64,000 nucleotides of DNA, from contig OZ076412.1 of NCBI GenBank assembly GCA_964187785.1, forward strand, positions 59,830,001 through 59,894,000, read 5' to 3'. Shown one piece after another: positions 1 to 13,380 of the stretch. The DNA comes from Amphiscolops sp. MND2022 (Eukaryota). How positions within the stretch are numbered: the first letter of the stretch is position 1; each line of letters opens with the position of its first letter. Below the pieces are notes generated by a model. It made no database searches and had not been told where the DNA came from. It saw nothing but the letters and a program-made list of their open reading frames with translations. A program made the position numbers and the translations under genes.

Positions 1-283
1 GTGTTTGTATGTTGTTCTATGATCGCACCATTGGATAACGTTGTTTAGCTATAGTATAGATCGTTTCATTTTGGCAGATACTTTTCTTAGTAAAAAGTCT
101 TAACGCAAAAACCATGTTTTTTTTTAAATTTCTGGGCTCTTGAAATGTTGTATCATCCTCATGGTTTTCTCAATTACATTTTGTGATGCTTCTATAAAAA
201 GAGTTGGAAAGCTGTTCTGGCCTAAACTTTCCGAATAGTTTAGTATTTCCAATAGTAACCATTATTCAGGTCTTTTGTAATGA

Positions 284-902
284 CCCATGTTGAGCTTTCC
301 TTGAGAATCTGTAAAGATCTGTGAGCCAATTTTCCTTGAGGATCTGTAAAGATCGTGCCACTGCTACGTGAGGACAACTGCTGATCTGCAAGGATCTTTA
401 CAGATGTTCAAAGATTTTCTGGACAGATTTCTCAGGAAAATTTTTTCCGGACCTTCTAGTGAAACTATGCATTTCATTTGTTAGCTTCTTCAGTAGATAT
501 TTTTGCTGACCAAGGCTCAGTCAGTTGAAACTCTCCATCACTCAAAATTCTTGAGCAGGAAATCTTGTCTCCATCACGGTAATTTTGGTGTCTGGGGAAT
601 GTTCGGTGTTGGTTATACACTGTAATTTATCCATTTCACTTGAACTTCCCAGAAGTGGTTTTTCAACTTTGAGAGGTTCGTTTGCCATTTTGACTTCGTT
701 TTCGAGAATATTGACAGATTCGCACAGAAACTTTTTTTAAAACTTCAAATAAGAGGCGTGTTTTTTTCGTAGAGCGCTTTTTAACCAACTAATTTCTTTT
801 TCGAAAACTGAATTTATGACTATTCAATTTTCGAACAATCCTGGAATATCTGTCAGGATCTGTGCAGATCTGTACAGATTCGCAGGGAGTGCTCAACATG
901 GG
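284..902. mobile_element. Non-autonomous DNA transposon (MITE), CCC...GGG termini
   Basis: 12-bp TIR CCCATGTTGAGC (284-295) / GCTCAACATGGG (891-902), flanked by GA on both sides. Subterminal arrays of GATCTGT/ACAGAT motifs. Confidence 0.7.
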
Positions 903-3201
903 GAAGGACCACTTGCTTCTCTAGATCTTCTCATGGTTGCCAAGAATGTTGTTTTGGAGCGCGAAAAAAATGAAAGCAGAAAAGTACTCCAATGAAGAGT
1001 TCCGAAGTATAGTTGGATTTACAAAGTATCTCGATGGTCGTCGACCAATAGGAAAGCAAGAAGGAAAATTTCCGAGCCAATGAGATAAGAAGACATACTG
1101 ATTGCAAAGCAAAATTCTGAAACTTATAGGAACTAACATACATGTGAACATTTAAAACCTAGGTGCATGGCATCGTACTTCTAATCTGACGCCAGTATGA
1201 TTGTCGGGAGTTTTGCCATATACTTGTACACTTCATTTAAAAAAAGTTTGTAATAATTCAGGATCCTCAAAATGTCATCCTTTCAGCTTTCTCTTCCTCG
1301 TAATCAGAGATGCACCATGGGTCTAATAGATCCCTGGGATTCTCACATCAGCTTTGCTTCTTATCGTTAGTTTTCGCTTTTTGAGAAACAAACATTTTTA
1401 GTTTCAGGATGGTATTTTTCTTTTTTCCAAACACTTTCATTCAATGATTGCCTGAAAGTGTTGGGTAAAAGCAAAATACCATTCTGAAACTAGAAATATT
1501 CGTTTCTATGATACCTTCCAGACGCTGGTGGCTTCCAGACGCTGGTGGAATGTTCTTCCCAATTGGCCTTGAGTTAATTATTGATCGATATTGAAAAATG
1601 TTGAATGAGGAAAAAGTAATCAGCAAGGTCATCACGGTTATGAATCGCAACTTGAAGTGAAATATTCAAATCAAGCTTGGTAAGCAGTGGCGCAACTCTG
1701 CGTGCATTGCGAAAATCTTTCTATGTATTTTTCTGCTCTGAACAGACATGAATAAATTTTTAATTATGTACCTAATATCTTGATCGATGTGACGTGCATG
1801 GCTTGGTGTTTAACAGCATGTTTTACTTAATGATATCCCGTACAGACTTAATGGCATTCCATTCAAGGCAGTTAAATCCCCGACCAGGTCTGACCTGGTC
1901 TGACCGTGGACAGTCTGGCCTAAGATGAAAGATGTAAAATTGGTGACATTCTAGAGCCTAAAGTGATCTCATAAAATCTGAAAAAGAATATTCTCATATG
2001 ACAAGCGAAGGCATGGCTTTCCAATTATTCTGCCCGTTAACCAAATTTTTACCCTATCTTCATCATAAGTCTCAAAATTGATGTAAATGTGATAATTACT
2101 GGACGTTAACGTGTCATTTGCAGGAAAATTTGGAAATTGTGTCGCAATTGCATTATGAGTATGTTTATTGCGATGAAAGTCGAATAAACAATTGTAAACT
2201 TCTTCGAAAACCTTGAAGCTAGCTTGATTGTTTTAGGCTATGCTGTAAGAAGTAAAAATGATCAGATCATAATTCATTCCCGAAAAAAGCTTCTTGATTC
2301 AGAGATAAAAGAAATAGTGACAAAAATCAATTCGGAGGAAATAGATTAATCATAATGAAGAATAGGAGGAAACACGCAAAATCCTTCTAATGGAACTAAA
2401 TAAGTTTAAACTTACCAATAAGCGCAGTGGACAGCGATATTTTCTTGTACTGTTACAAGACGCTTTTTGGAAAAGGTCAGCGGTAACGGATTGTTGTCCG
2501 GCTGATAAATGTCTCTACAGATCTAAAAACTATTCTCAAGTATCTATGCATATAAAGTTCAAAAACGGTAATTTAAGTATGAGTGTTTAAAACGCTTTTC
2601 TTTTCCTCCGGACAAGAACTGGTATGATTCGAAAATAACTTCCACTGACGTTATTAATTTTTCGGATCTACATCATTTTCATCGTTATACATATTATATT
2701 GTTTGGAAACAAATAAAAAAATCGTTTAATGTCCAACAAATCCCTTCTCAAATAAAAAAGGCTTCTTCCTAACTGAAAACTTCCAAAGAAAAGGCAGAAA
2801 GATAACCTTTGATAAAATTAACACATTTTAAAAAGCTTTTTTATCTTTAACCTTTTGTTTAATTGAAAACCTTTTCCGAGAGTCACAAATTTGCCTAATG
2901 AAACCGTGAAGGGTATGCTTTGGTATCCTCTAGTTCTGCAAACGAGGAAAAGACAATCCAGCCGGGACACTAACGTAACATATTCCGTCTCCCAAACCAC
3001 GCTAGCTAGAAAAGCCTTTCAATTTTTTATGTTGGAATGGAAGAGTTAATTTGTTTTAATAGATAATTTGAGTTAATAGAAGAAGCTTTTGTTAATGTTA
3101 GCTTTACTGGAAAGGAAAACTTTATGATTAAAATAACCACCATTTGCATGCACCAAAATATTGCACCATTTGCATGCACCATACATAGTGCTATATATCA
3201 T

Positions 3202-3452
3202 ATTATTTTGGGATCACAGCTTAAGACCTACCATGTCTGGACCAATTGACAAGTTTTATAAAGTAGCTTTTGTGGGAAGGACTAAACTGAAACAGGCGCA
3301 GACATAGAAAAGCAAAACTGAGACATGATGTCTCAGTTTTGCTTTTCTATGTCTGCGCCTGTTTCAGTTTAGTCCTTCCCACAAAAGCTACTTTATAAAA
3401 CTTGTCAATTGGTCCAGACATGGTAGGTCTTAAGCTGTGATCCCAAAATAAT
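3202..3452. repeat. Perfect palindrome, 125-bp arms with a 1-nt spacer (G3327)
   Basis: 3202-3326 is the exact reverse complement of 3328-3452 when read base by base. Confidence 0.97.
3368..3422 (+). CDS. Candidate 55-nt internal exon (FSPSHKSYFIKLVNWSRH) of an unidentified gene
   Basis: Pyrimidine tract plus acceptor (ttttgcttttctatgtctgcgcctgtttcag), donor gtaggt, and only one open frame. Joins in phase to 8803-8825. Confidence 0.35.
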
Positions 3453-3637
3453 TTACTCGAGGTACTAAAGGTGTGAATGCTAATTGTTGCTCTTTTTAGT
3501 CGGCGCTTTTATTAATAAAAGAACCCGACTATTACAGTCATTCGTTTTTTCTTTAGGACAGACTCGAAGCGGCGAAATTTTTGTTCAGTTTGTTCAACTA
3601 AAGAAATACCTCGGAAAGGAATCTAAGTTATAGCAAA

Positions 3638-4500
3638 GGATGCCCCTTTCATTTTTTACTTTTTAAACGTAACATACAAAACCGGACGAGACAAGAGGGT
3701 CCCCCTTTCAATTTTGTTCGGCGCTGTGAGACTTTTTTTCGGATCTGTTTTGTCTCCAAAGGGTCCCCCTTTCAATTGTATTGAGGTCCCGTCTCGTAAT
3801 ATCCGGAGTAAAGCGCTATATCCGAACTTTTGACATTATATTCTATATTCGAACTATAGTGCGTTTTAGTAAGGAGGAGGCGGAGGTTCGAATAAAGGAG
3901 TTTTTCATACCTACGCATATTTTTAAAAGTGCACTTTTTGAGCCTTAGATATAGCGCCGACTTTAGACACTCCCGTCGTGTTATTGTATCTCCCGCCAAT
4001 GCATTTTCATCATGACCACATCCCTGATCTACCGATCAGGATTTTGATCAAACGCCACAAAAAGCGTTGACAAAGTTTCCCGTTTTTCCGCACCAACACT
4101 GGCCTAATTCTCTAAACACTACACAATGATCAAACAAAATTTAACAAGACGGGAACGTCTAAAGTAGGTGCTATATCTTAAGCTCAAAAAGCGCAAAAGA
4201 CATTTTTTGAAAAAATCTTGAATTTTTTGAATTTTTTTTCTTCCAGAAAATGTCGCATAGTTCCGAAAAATGTAAAAGGGGGGACCCTTTGGGCTTTATT
4301 AACATATATTCTGTTTCAAATTATCAAACAACTCGAAGGGGGGACTCTTTTGAGACATTAAAAATATTTCGAAAAAAGTTGCACAATACCGAAAAAAAAA
4401 TCGAAAGGGGGAACCCTTTAGTCTCGTCCGGTTTTGTAGGTTACGTTAAAAAAGTAAAAAATCAAAGGGGGGACCCTTTTGCACTAATTTCCGCTGACCG
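3638..4500. repeat. Nested inverted-repeat (MITE-like) elements
   Basis: ~3638-3693 is inverted relative to ~4421-4475 (gtctcgtccggttttgta..ttacgtt). An inner IR pair lies at ~3935-3982 / ~4143-4190. Related copies occur near 52960-53090 and 62820. Confidence 0.55.
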
Positions 4501-5099
4501 GACTTGGCCTTATGGTAGTAGTTTTAGTAGTTTCGATTGTAAGAAATGTGGCCCAATCAGAGTGAGATTGTAGTCTGACGAAAAAAGAAGAAAAAAACTA
4601 GCCACTGTAAGAGTCGGGCACTTTTCACTAGAAAAGCGCCAACTAAAAATAACAAGTTTTTGGATCTTCATAGACTGAAACAGACACTTTTTCCTCGCAA
4701 ACGTATGCTGAGTAAATAATTGTATTGATTCCAATGCTTGATAACTTCGTACCCGAGCAATGTCCAAAAACCGTACAAAACGAAACGTGCAAGAAATTGT
4801 CAAAAATAGACTTATAGTCTTTTTTGGTTCAACCAGGCAGTTTTTTTCCAAGAAACCATATTTTCCCATTACAAAAACTGTGCTATGTCTCCGAAAAAAA
4901 ATTTCTCAATTCATACCATCAAAGAAGTCACACTCTTTCTGGGCATTTTGTGGGGCTAAAAAGTACGTTAAGTAGTTATTTGAATTGCTTCAGAAAATTA
5001 AAAAGTAAATACCTACCGATCGTTTTTGGGAGTCTTTTGAGGCACATTCCACAAGACACAACAAATTCAGCTCAACAATAAGCTGCTGTATATCTGATA

Positions 5100-5750
5100 T
5101 ATCTTTTATTTCTCAAACTCTTTGGATAGTGTAACTGGTTGAATTCTCAAACGTTGGACACTTCCAGCGTTTCTGGCGTTTCTCGGGTCATTTTATTTTG
5201 GCGTTGGAGGACTTTCATGAAAATTCTTCGGGCTCCGTTTTGGCAAAGCACATCATGTATCTGGTTTTTAGCGCATCATGTAGCTTCAAATATTATGGAT
5301 TATTTAGGTTCGCAACTTTTGACAACTTTGTCCTGATGAAAACGCGTTGAGTCCATGCTATATAAAAAAGAACGTCCAGAGTCCGTCTGTATCTTCACTA
5401 GAACAAAGGTTTTCTTGATTGAATGCCTTTGGATTTTGAGCCAAGTCAGTCGATGCATGCCTAAGGATTTAAAAGTCTGACGAGCTGTTTCGACAAAAAA
5501 ACTTGTAAAAAAGACAAAGAGCTCCAACTTTGAATGAGAGACAGTTGAATTAAAACCTTGTTTCAATCGAACAAAGCACGATCGATCATCAGATCTGAAG
5601 ATCAAACGTAACAGCCTACCAATTCGAAACTTCCTTAAAAACAAAACAACATCATACTTCTGAAAATGGAAAAATGTAATCCCGGCGTTCCGAGACTTAC
5701 AACTGGACACTGGCAAAATACGAAAACAATCCAGAACCGAGAACCTTTAC
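5100..5750 (-). pseudogene. Possible Tc1/mariner(IS630)-type transposase relic
   Basis: Broken frames read CFVRLKQGFNS (cf. FxDESGF), YSMDSTRFHQDKVVK (cf. VMDNARFH) and IIFEAT*CAKNQIH (cf. LPPYSPxLNPIE). Heavily degenerate. Confidence 0.3.
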
Positions 5751-6849
5751 TTCAATATCTTCCGTAGATCTGATTTTCTGAGAAACAGTTTTTCAAGAAA
5801 CCTGACCCTCGTTTCATCATGTGAACTTTTAAAAGGTATAATACAGTGTTTTTCTGAAAGAAGAATAAGTTCAAGGCAAATTAAACGTTGTTCTCTAGCA
5901 GAAAGTTTTCATAAGTCTCATAGTGCTAAAAAGCTTCACAAACGGGAATCTTTCTTTTCAAATAATTCCATATTAGCTTTTTGGAAGAACAAAAAGTTGA
6001 GAAAAAAATGTTTAAACTAATGACATTTTTCAGTGTTAAACGTCAAAAAGGGTGCGTGGTGGCGTACAAAAATATAGTGGCATAATCATTTGGCGAGGTG
6101 AATATTGCTGTAAATTTTTTTAGCAATTTTTAACACAATTCGATTGCATGTAGTATCCTTGTCAATTCCAATCAGCTGTATTGCATACAAAACAAGTCAG
6201 AAACAACTTGTCGGTGTTTTATGATGTTTTCACCCCACAGTCAGAGCAGACATCATGTAATAATCAGATTCAATCAGAACTAATCCTCTTAACACAGGGA
6301 TTCATTGTCTAATACTTCCGTTTTGAGCGTGGATCTCGTTTAGATTAGATGACGGTTTATTGCTAAACACGTTTGGTGATATTTCAGAAGAACACGCTTA
6401 ATAGACGAGACACAAATAACTAGAACAATGAGACCAAAGTACCAGTTATTCAGAGTAGGCACCCAAGTCAGTCGGTATCTGTGACGTAGACTTGTATTGA
6501 CGGAGTTCAGGCGTCTTTTAAAACATCAATAATCGGCACAGCACTATTCAAGCTAAACATATAGAATATTAGTTGTATCAGGCCAATATCTAAGTGTCAA
6601 TTTTTTCAGAGGATGCCTATTGCATAGCCATTTAGAAAACTATGAAAAAACTTTACTCTATTATGATTCTGTTGTTGCATAGGTCACACTAGAGCAGGCA
6701 TAGTAAAAACGATTCATCATGAGAATATGGCTTCGCGAAAAATTCCACCGCTGACACCGGTAAGAAATGGAACGAAAATAATGGATATTAACGTGATTCG
6801 TTGAAAATCCAACGGCCGTTCGATGGTAGAACTTTGCTAAGGAAAACTG

Positions 6850-7520
6850 GTATCAGTATTGTAATATTTTCTCCATTCTTTTAGAAAACGTCCTGAAGGA
6901 AATTTTCAAAAATACATCGTATGAAGCTCAAACACACTTACATATACCTCCTGTGGAATCGTCCTAACATCTCCTAACCTTTAAACAATTTATCTTTTCA
7001 ATTAAACAACTTCCTCCATTTTCAATCACTCAGTTAGATTGAAATGACAAATATAGCATTGCAAATATTTGTCAATGTTTGAAAAGTTGTAAATGTTCAT
7101 CTGAGAACCCTAAAATTGATTTTAAACTGCCTCGTAAAATTTGCAGAACCCTTGTCAAGACAGTTTTATTTGATTCGAATTGATTTTCGTTGCAACGTTA
7201 GAAAAGACTCAATGCCAGGTAACATTGAATTGTCGATTGCTTTAAATAAATGGAGAGCCGGTACACCTATGTACGACGCTTGAGATCTTTTGAGATATGA
7301 AAAATCAAACTGGGTTTTTCGATCCGAAGAATAAAACCACCATTTCGGGATTTTAAACAGATGTTCAAAAACTATTGGCAAAAAATTAGCCGTTGTTAGG
7401 ATAAGAAATATTCGAAGGTCTTAATTTTGTTATCAAGCGGTCCTTGCTAACAAAAAACTCTAATAACTCAATTGGTTTTAGGGAATTTTCCAAAAGCACT
7501 TGGTAGCAATTCGAAGATTG
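6850..7520 (-). pseudogene. Possible piggyBac (PGBD-like) transposase relic
   Basis: Reads KDRLITKLRP...PEMVVLFFGSK, resembling DKLYKIRP...DEMVVKYFG. Many stops and frameshifts. Confidence 0.35.
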
Positions 7521-8802
7521 CCATTTTTAGGCAACGCAGTTGCTTGTTTTTTTTTCAATGCTGAAGATGATAATTTTTTGTAGCTTTTTCTGAATTGGTT
7601 ACTCTTCGAATTTTTGAAATTACCAAACGCATTGCTGCGTAATTACGATTGTTGCAGTACTAATAGTAGTTGTTAGGTAACCTGCTGCGCCGTTAATCCA
7701 ACGCGACTTAATTTTAGATGACATCGTGGTAGTAAACCGAAGACCGGAAGAGGAATATGAAACAAATAATCGATCTTCCCCATCTTTCCTTATTTTTTTG
7801 CCCATTTTCAGCTGATGTTTTTCAGAAGTAAATAAATGAAGGAGCTACTAAAAACATGATTAGAAACATGATTTCTCATTAGAAATCTTCAATGTTCAGT
7901 GAAAACTGAGTTTTTTAATGTTTTAAAACAATTGGCAATTGGCAAAAATCAATTGGTTTTGAACCAATTGGCAAAAATCAAATTGTTCGAAAAAATTATT
8001 CTCTCATGAGAGCGTTTTTTCAGCAGCAGCGTTTTTTAAAAGAAAATCAAGTCTAACTTTGTACTATTCTTTTTTCTCTTTTTCTATCTACCTCTTTGTA
8101 TCTACACTTTTTCTGCACGGAACTTGATTTTTTTTGAGAATATATTTTCAATGAAGTTCTTAGAATAATAACTTCAACAATAAATTTTTTGCAGAACAAT
8201 TTGACGAGATTTTGAAAGCATCTGCCTAAAAGCTATTTCAAAGGTTAATTTTCTCGGTTCTTCGTGGGCATATTATTCTCATTTTTTCTGTGGAATTTCG
8301 TTTTCATCGCTTGCAAACTACAATGTTGGTCATGATCAGCTAATAAAACTCATAATCTCAGAAATTACATATCGAAATGTCTCTGAATTACCTCGAAATC
8401 TTATCATGGCCTGGGAGTCCATTGCTTAGTGTTTCGTTTTTTTTTATTTTTGAGAATATTGCTGAGAAAACGAAACGAATGTTCCAAGTCAGACGAGGTT
8501 GATCCAGAAAAATAATGTGATGAATAAAATCTGCTGTTTTTTTATTCCAATTTTCAGCAGATCCGCTTCTTTTTAAGCAGTTGCTCGAAATCTACACAGG
8601 GAATTTTAATTAATCTTGAGTGGATACTACTTTTGAAGTAATAATCACCTGCACGCTTTGAGTTTATTTATTCAATCAAAGGCACAAAGATGGCTTGATT
8701 TGAAGATGCCAAAAGCAAATAAATCAAAATTTATAATCCATTATAATCCTCGGGTTAGAAAATGATGGAAAAACTTATAAGCATCAGTTTTTTGTTTTTC
8801 AG

Positions 8803-8825
8803 ATGGTCGCTACTGTTACATCAAG
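8803..8825 (+). CDS. Candidate 23-nt micro-exon (DGRYCYIK)
   Basis: Strong acceptor ttttttgtttttcag and donor AAG|gtgaaa. Phase-compatible with 3368-3422. Confidence 0.35.
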
Positions 8826-9007
8826 GTGAAACTATCAGCATACTTTTTGCTCATTAACCAGACGACGTAGTAGTTTTGTTGAATAGGTCTATTCCGGAAG
8901 TATTGCAATATGATAGCATACCAACTTAGTCAGCGATTACCAATTTTTTTGCCCTTCTCAAAACTTGCAATCAGTAATGAGAGGAAAAATATGGACAAAC
9001 GCTGCAT

Positions 9008-9773
9008 CCCAGCGATCGAAGACACGCTACGCTTGCCAAGATCATGGTTAATCTTGCTAAATCGTGGTTAACCATGGTACCCTTGTCAAGATCATGGCTA
9101 ATCATGATACATGGAACGCTTGTCAAGATCATGACAAGATCATGGCAAGATAAAAATGGTAAGACGTGAGCTAATTTCAATTGCATAATTTATTATTTTC
9201 ATTAAAATTCTCGTCGTCTCCAATTTCTGAATAAGCCGTTGTGATAACTTCGGACAAAACCTTTATTTATTGAAAAAAAAGTTTTTTAAACTGGAAAGTT
9301 TACAACACTTCTCAATATTTTGCTGCACTTACTGACCGAGCTTTGTTACTTGAGAGCACGGCATTGTTACTGCTATCATAAAGTATCATACAAAGCAAAC
9401 TCCGAGTCAAGCTATTGCAACTTGCGGGTTTGCGATATCGGTGAAAAAACCAACTTTTCTAGCTATGATTTGGATTTGTTAATCTTGCTAATACCTCACC
9501 TGTTGAAATTACTGAAGTTCGAGAATGGAATAGAAACCGGTGCAATAAAAATAATTATGATTCGAAAACAAGAGTTACCAAAAAACAGATTTGCTACCAT
9601 GGAACTCTCGTCAAGAACATGGTTCATTTTGGCATCCTTACCAAGATCATGGTAAAACATGGTACGCTTGGCACGATCTTGCATAATCATGGTATCCTTG
9701 GCAAGATCTTGGCAAGGCTAGCTGGCGATTTACCATGGTTCTTGGCAAGCGTATCATGTCTTCGATCGCTGGG
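9008..9773. mobile_element. MITE with CCCAGCGATCGAAGAC TIRs and CAAGATC(A/T)TG subterminal arrays
   Basis: CCCAGCGATCGAAGAC at 9008 and GTCTTCGATCGCTGGG ending at 9773, with AT on both flanks. Imperfect IR extends ~35-40 bp. Confidence 0.75.
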
Positions 9774-9879
9774 ATATGCTGCATATAACCTTAGATCGCT
9801 GGGATATGCTGCATATATTATTGCGAAAAAAAACGCCGTTGGCAGGCACATTTCAACTGTTTATTCTCAGAATTACTTT

Positions 9880-12050
9880 GAACATTCATTCACTCATTCA
9901 TTATCTTTTTTTTCTGGTAATTAATTGCAGGTTCCAAGAGCTGCTTCTTGGATCTGAGAAACGATTGAGTTTCCAGAGTAAGAGGAGATATGTTCTTTCT
10001 GCATACATCAATACAAAACCCCACAAATTTTTTCAACAGTATCAGGAAGTTTTCCGTATATTTAAAAGGAATAGAATTTTCAGGGTTAAAGGATCTTGTG
10101 CAAAGGAAAAAGGCTGAAAACCAATGCAAATCGACTCGATCTACCCAATAAAATCGCTTCAATTTCTCGCGAGAGTTCGTCCCAAAAACTATTTTTTCCA
10201 GCTAATCTCAAAAATGTGGACTCTCAAAAAGTTGACGAGGTGAGGACGATAAGAAGGGTAAGTCAAGCGTCGATTTGCATTACAGCGCCGGATGTAGTGA
10301 CTTCCAATAAATAGCGACTGGACAAAAAACAATATCAAATCAAAACCTACAAAGCAAAGCAAACTACACAAAAGTCTTCTGAAATATCCGCATGATAATG
10401 ATTTAAAACAAAAATTTACGAACCAGAGAAAACAATGGAAAGAATCATCAGGAAGACAAGAGACAAAAGATAATTATTACAAACAAAAATCTGAAATTGT
10501 TGGGATTATTTCAAAGTCTTCAAACAATTCGTTTCTTCTAAAGATTCTAGTGAACATGAACTGCCTCAATCATTACTAAAGGCCAGCAAACTCAATCATT
10601 TTTTTTCTTTTCGGTAAGCCTAAATCTTGTGTTCAAAATCAAAACTCTATGTTCGATTGTTGAAATACTCTCCTCTGAAAAAACTATTTGGTTCAAAACT
10701 ACGAAAGTAAAGACGTATAGAAATATTCCGTCCTTGGAAAACAAACCCTGCTGTGCCAAAAATTTGGGAGCCTGTTTTTTGTGGCTATATAGTTCGAATT
10801 TTCACTAACTCTTTCAAGCACTTTATTTTCCAGACTGCTTCTAGTTATCGAAAGTAGTGGCACTTTTCAAAGAAGGGTCAGTCGATGAAGTTAATAACTA
10901 CGGGCTAATTTTTCTAACGACACTACCTTTCAGTAAGGTTTTTGGAAGACTTATATACAATCGTCTTGTGGACGTTTTCGGAAAATATGAACATCTATCC
11001 TCCGCTCACTTTGGTTTCCGTCGCATTAGTGGTACTAATGATGCTAAATCTGTATATGTAGACAACTTTCAAACTTCTTTTCTGGTGAAAAATTAACTGC
11101 TCATTCGTTTTGTTGACTTGCGCAAAGCTAGTGATACAGTAGACCATGGCATATTGAGGCTGCTGCCTTATAATTGCGGCATCGGCGATTCAACTTTTGT
11201 CTTCCTTGATAGCTATCTGTCAAAAAGAAAAGAATACGTCCAGCTTGGCCTTTTCAAATCGTCAGTCAAACATTTGAATCACCGTGGGTTTGTTTTAGGT
11301 CCTTTCTTATGTATTACTCATAACAACGATCTCTCAGAAGCGAGTCACCAGACCCAGTGTGTGCTTTGTGCTGACGATACTTTCTTTATTTATCGAAATC
11401 GAACCTAATTAATTATCGTTACCGTGAAAACAAAAATTTTCCATCTCAACATAAGCACTTCTGACTTGAATATCAATATGGGTCTCGGTTGTCCAATTAT
11501 CGAACAAGTTGAGTCATTCAACAACTGGGCTCAAAACTGGATTTTCAAAACTTTTACGTTACTCAGAGAATATCCAAGTATTGTGGCTCACTGTACCTAA
11601 TCCGGAGACTGATTCGTCGAAAACATTTGTTGCAGTTTTACAATGTTTTCATTAAACCCGTCTTACAATATGGTGTTTTATTCTATGAATGCAGGCACGA
11701 GTCTGTACTTGAGAATATTTCGAAACTTCAGACGAGAATACCTCGAATCCTTTTTGTTCAAGAAAACTTTCGAAGACATTTACACTAATATGGTCGAACA
11801 AAAATTTGCAACTGTATATGAGCTCCATATGTATCAATTGTTCAAAGAAGTTGCGAAAACGTGACTAGTTGAAGATTGAATTTGTTACCTGAAAAACCGA
11901 AAGTGAATATAGACACCAGACAAATTCAATAGCAAATTGTATGCTTGAAACATCAAATCAAGTGCTTTTAAGTTTGCGATTCAATTTGTACAAGTCAATG
12001 CAGAACCTCGAAGATAGTTGTAAGAAAATTGTCTCTGAATTTTTTTCAGT
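9880..12050 (+). mobile_element. Decayed non-LTR retrotransposon (CR1/Jockey group), RT-bearing ORF2 relic
   Basis: ORFs 10857-11096 and 11118-11408 give LFKEGSVDEVNNY, FSKVFGRLIYNRL, HFGFR, DLRKASDTVDHGIL, GFVLGPFL and CADDT (YADDT equivalent). Confidence 0.85.
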
Positions 12051-13303
12051 ATTTCTGGTCTATATATTTGTCATCTATGTCGAAGAGAAAGACGTAGTGT
12101 GGAAGCGCAAAATGTGTCATGAAACTGTTTTCTTGTCTTTATTGTAAGTACTTCAGTCAATTTTTCCTCCATGAAAATTCCAAGTCCTTCACAAACTGAA
12201 CATCCTCAAAGATGTATTGAAATTGGGGTAGTGTAATAGGGCATTTTACCTGTCACTGTCTATAGGTAGACATCTTTATTTTCCAATATCTCATGTAGGT
12301 AATTATATTGATGATAGTATAAATGTAAATACTACAAGTTTAATTGCAATTATTCCACGACTGAAAATTGATTGCATATCTGCAACAAAGGTAGCAATCA
12401 AATATTCGTTTAAACAAATTATAATTAATTTCTTCAACAAGTGTTTTTCAGGATGGCTGCGACTAGAAGTTAAGGCATGTTTGGGCATCGCGTTGAATCA
12501 CATTAACCCAAGTTGAAAATGTGAAGGAAAACCAAAGGGATATTTTTGGCACCAAGGGACTTTTTTCCAAACTTTTTCTACCGAAGTGCCCCTTTGGTTT
12601 TAAGCAAATACAAATCGTTTTGCGAGCAAAGAGGTCCACTTGAAGTTTGTTTCGGCACAACGCCATTTCTCGTCTGAAAAAATTTTCAGATTATATTTCC
12701 TGAATTGTTTTGAAATTTGTTTTGAAAAATGTTTCCACACACTGGTTATTGGAGTTTTTCTGTTTTGTGTTAGGAAAACCGTTTTCCGAGTCTTAGGGTT
12801 GACAGCTTTTGTTCTTTTAAAGTCATGTGCGATTAATGAGAGTTTTCTCAGTACCTGTTGAAAAGTCCCACGGTTTTTTCTGCACTATGCGTTTTATTCG
12901 AAACTTTTTTTTCGATAAAAAAAATTTGGTCAAATGTTACCCCTTCCTTTTTTGAAAAAGTTTTGGCTTTTTTGAAAAAACATTTTGCGAAAATAGATGG
13001 TCTCCTTTTTTCGACATAATTTTTCTTGATGTTTCGTGTATTTTTTGGAGCTGTAAATTTGATGAAACTTTTCACTATAGTGTCCGTTCGCATATTGAAA
13101 ACATTTTGCTCTCCTTGAACTTTGATGGGAGCGCCTACTTGTTTATTTTAGTGTGATATAAGAAGGAATGAAATGCGTTTGGCACACCAGATAAATCATA
13201 GATTTGCGCCAACTCAAGAAAAGTTCAAATTTTTTTGAAAAAAGAAGCTCAGTCCGTTTTCGACAGAACAATATCGGTATTCCTACCTTTGCAAAGATAA
13301 AAA

Positions 13304-13380
13304 TTTTAGCCCAGACTGGGAATCAAACTTCTCGGTCTCAGACACACGCACAGATGCGGTAACCACTGGATCAAGTGGCA
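13304..13380 (-). mobile_element. tRNA-derived SINE relic
   Basis: Minus strand has an A-box-like tgatccagtggtta and a degenerate B-box-like agtttgattccc at tRNA-like spacing. Confidence 0.4.

Noticed and set aside
3233-3307. MSGPIDKFYKVAFVGRTK, resembling a GTPase N-terminus, in the palindrome arm
   Set aside because: No GKT/S and a stop after 24 codons. It is the antisense reading of the candidate exon.
8800-8935. Minus-strand YCNTSG...RRL...YADSF resembling GTPase exon 2
   Set aside because: Needs at least two frameshifts, is two residues short in alignment, and lacks a good acceptor.
11870-11900. Minus-strand ttttcag|GT AAC AAA (GNK)
   Set aside because: Not NKxD, stops soon after, and lies in the LINE 3' tail.
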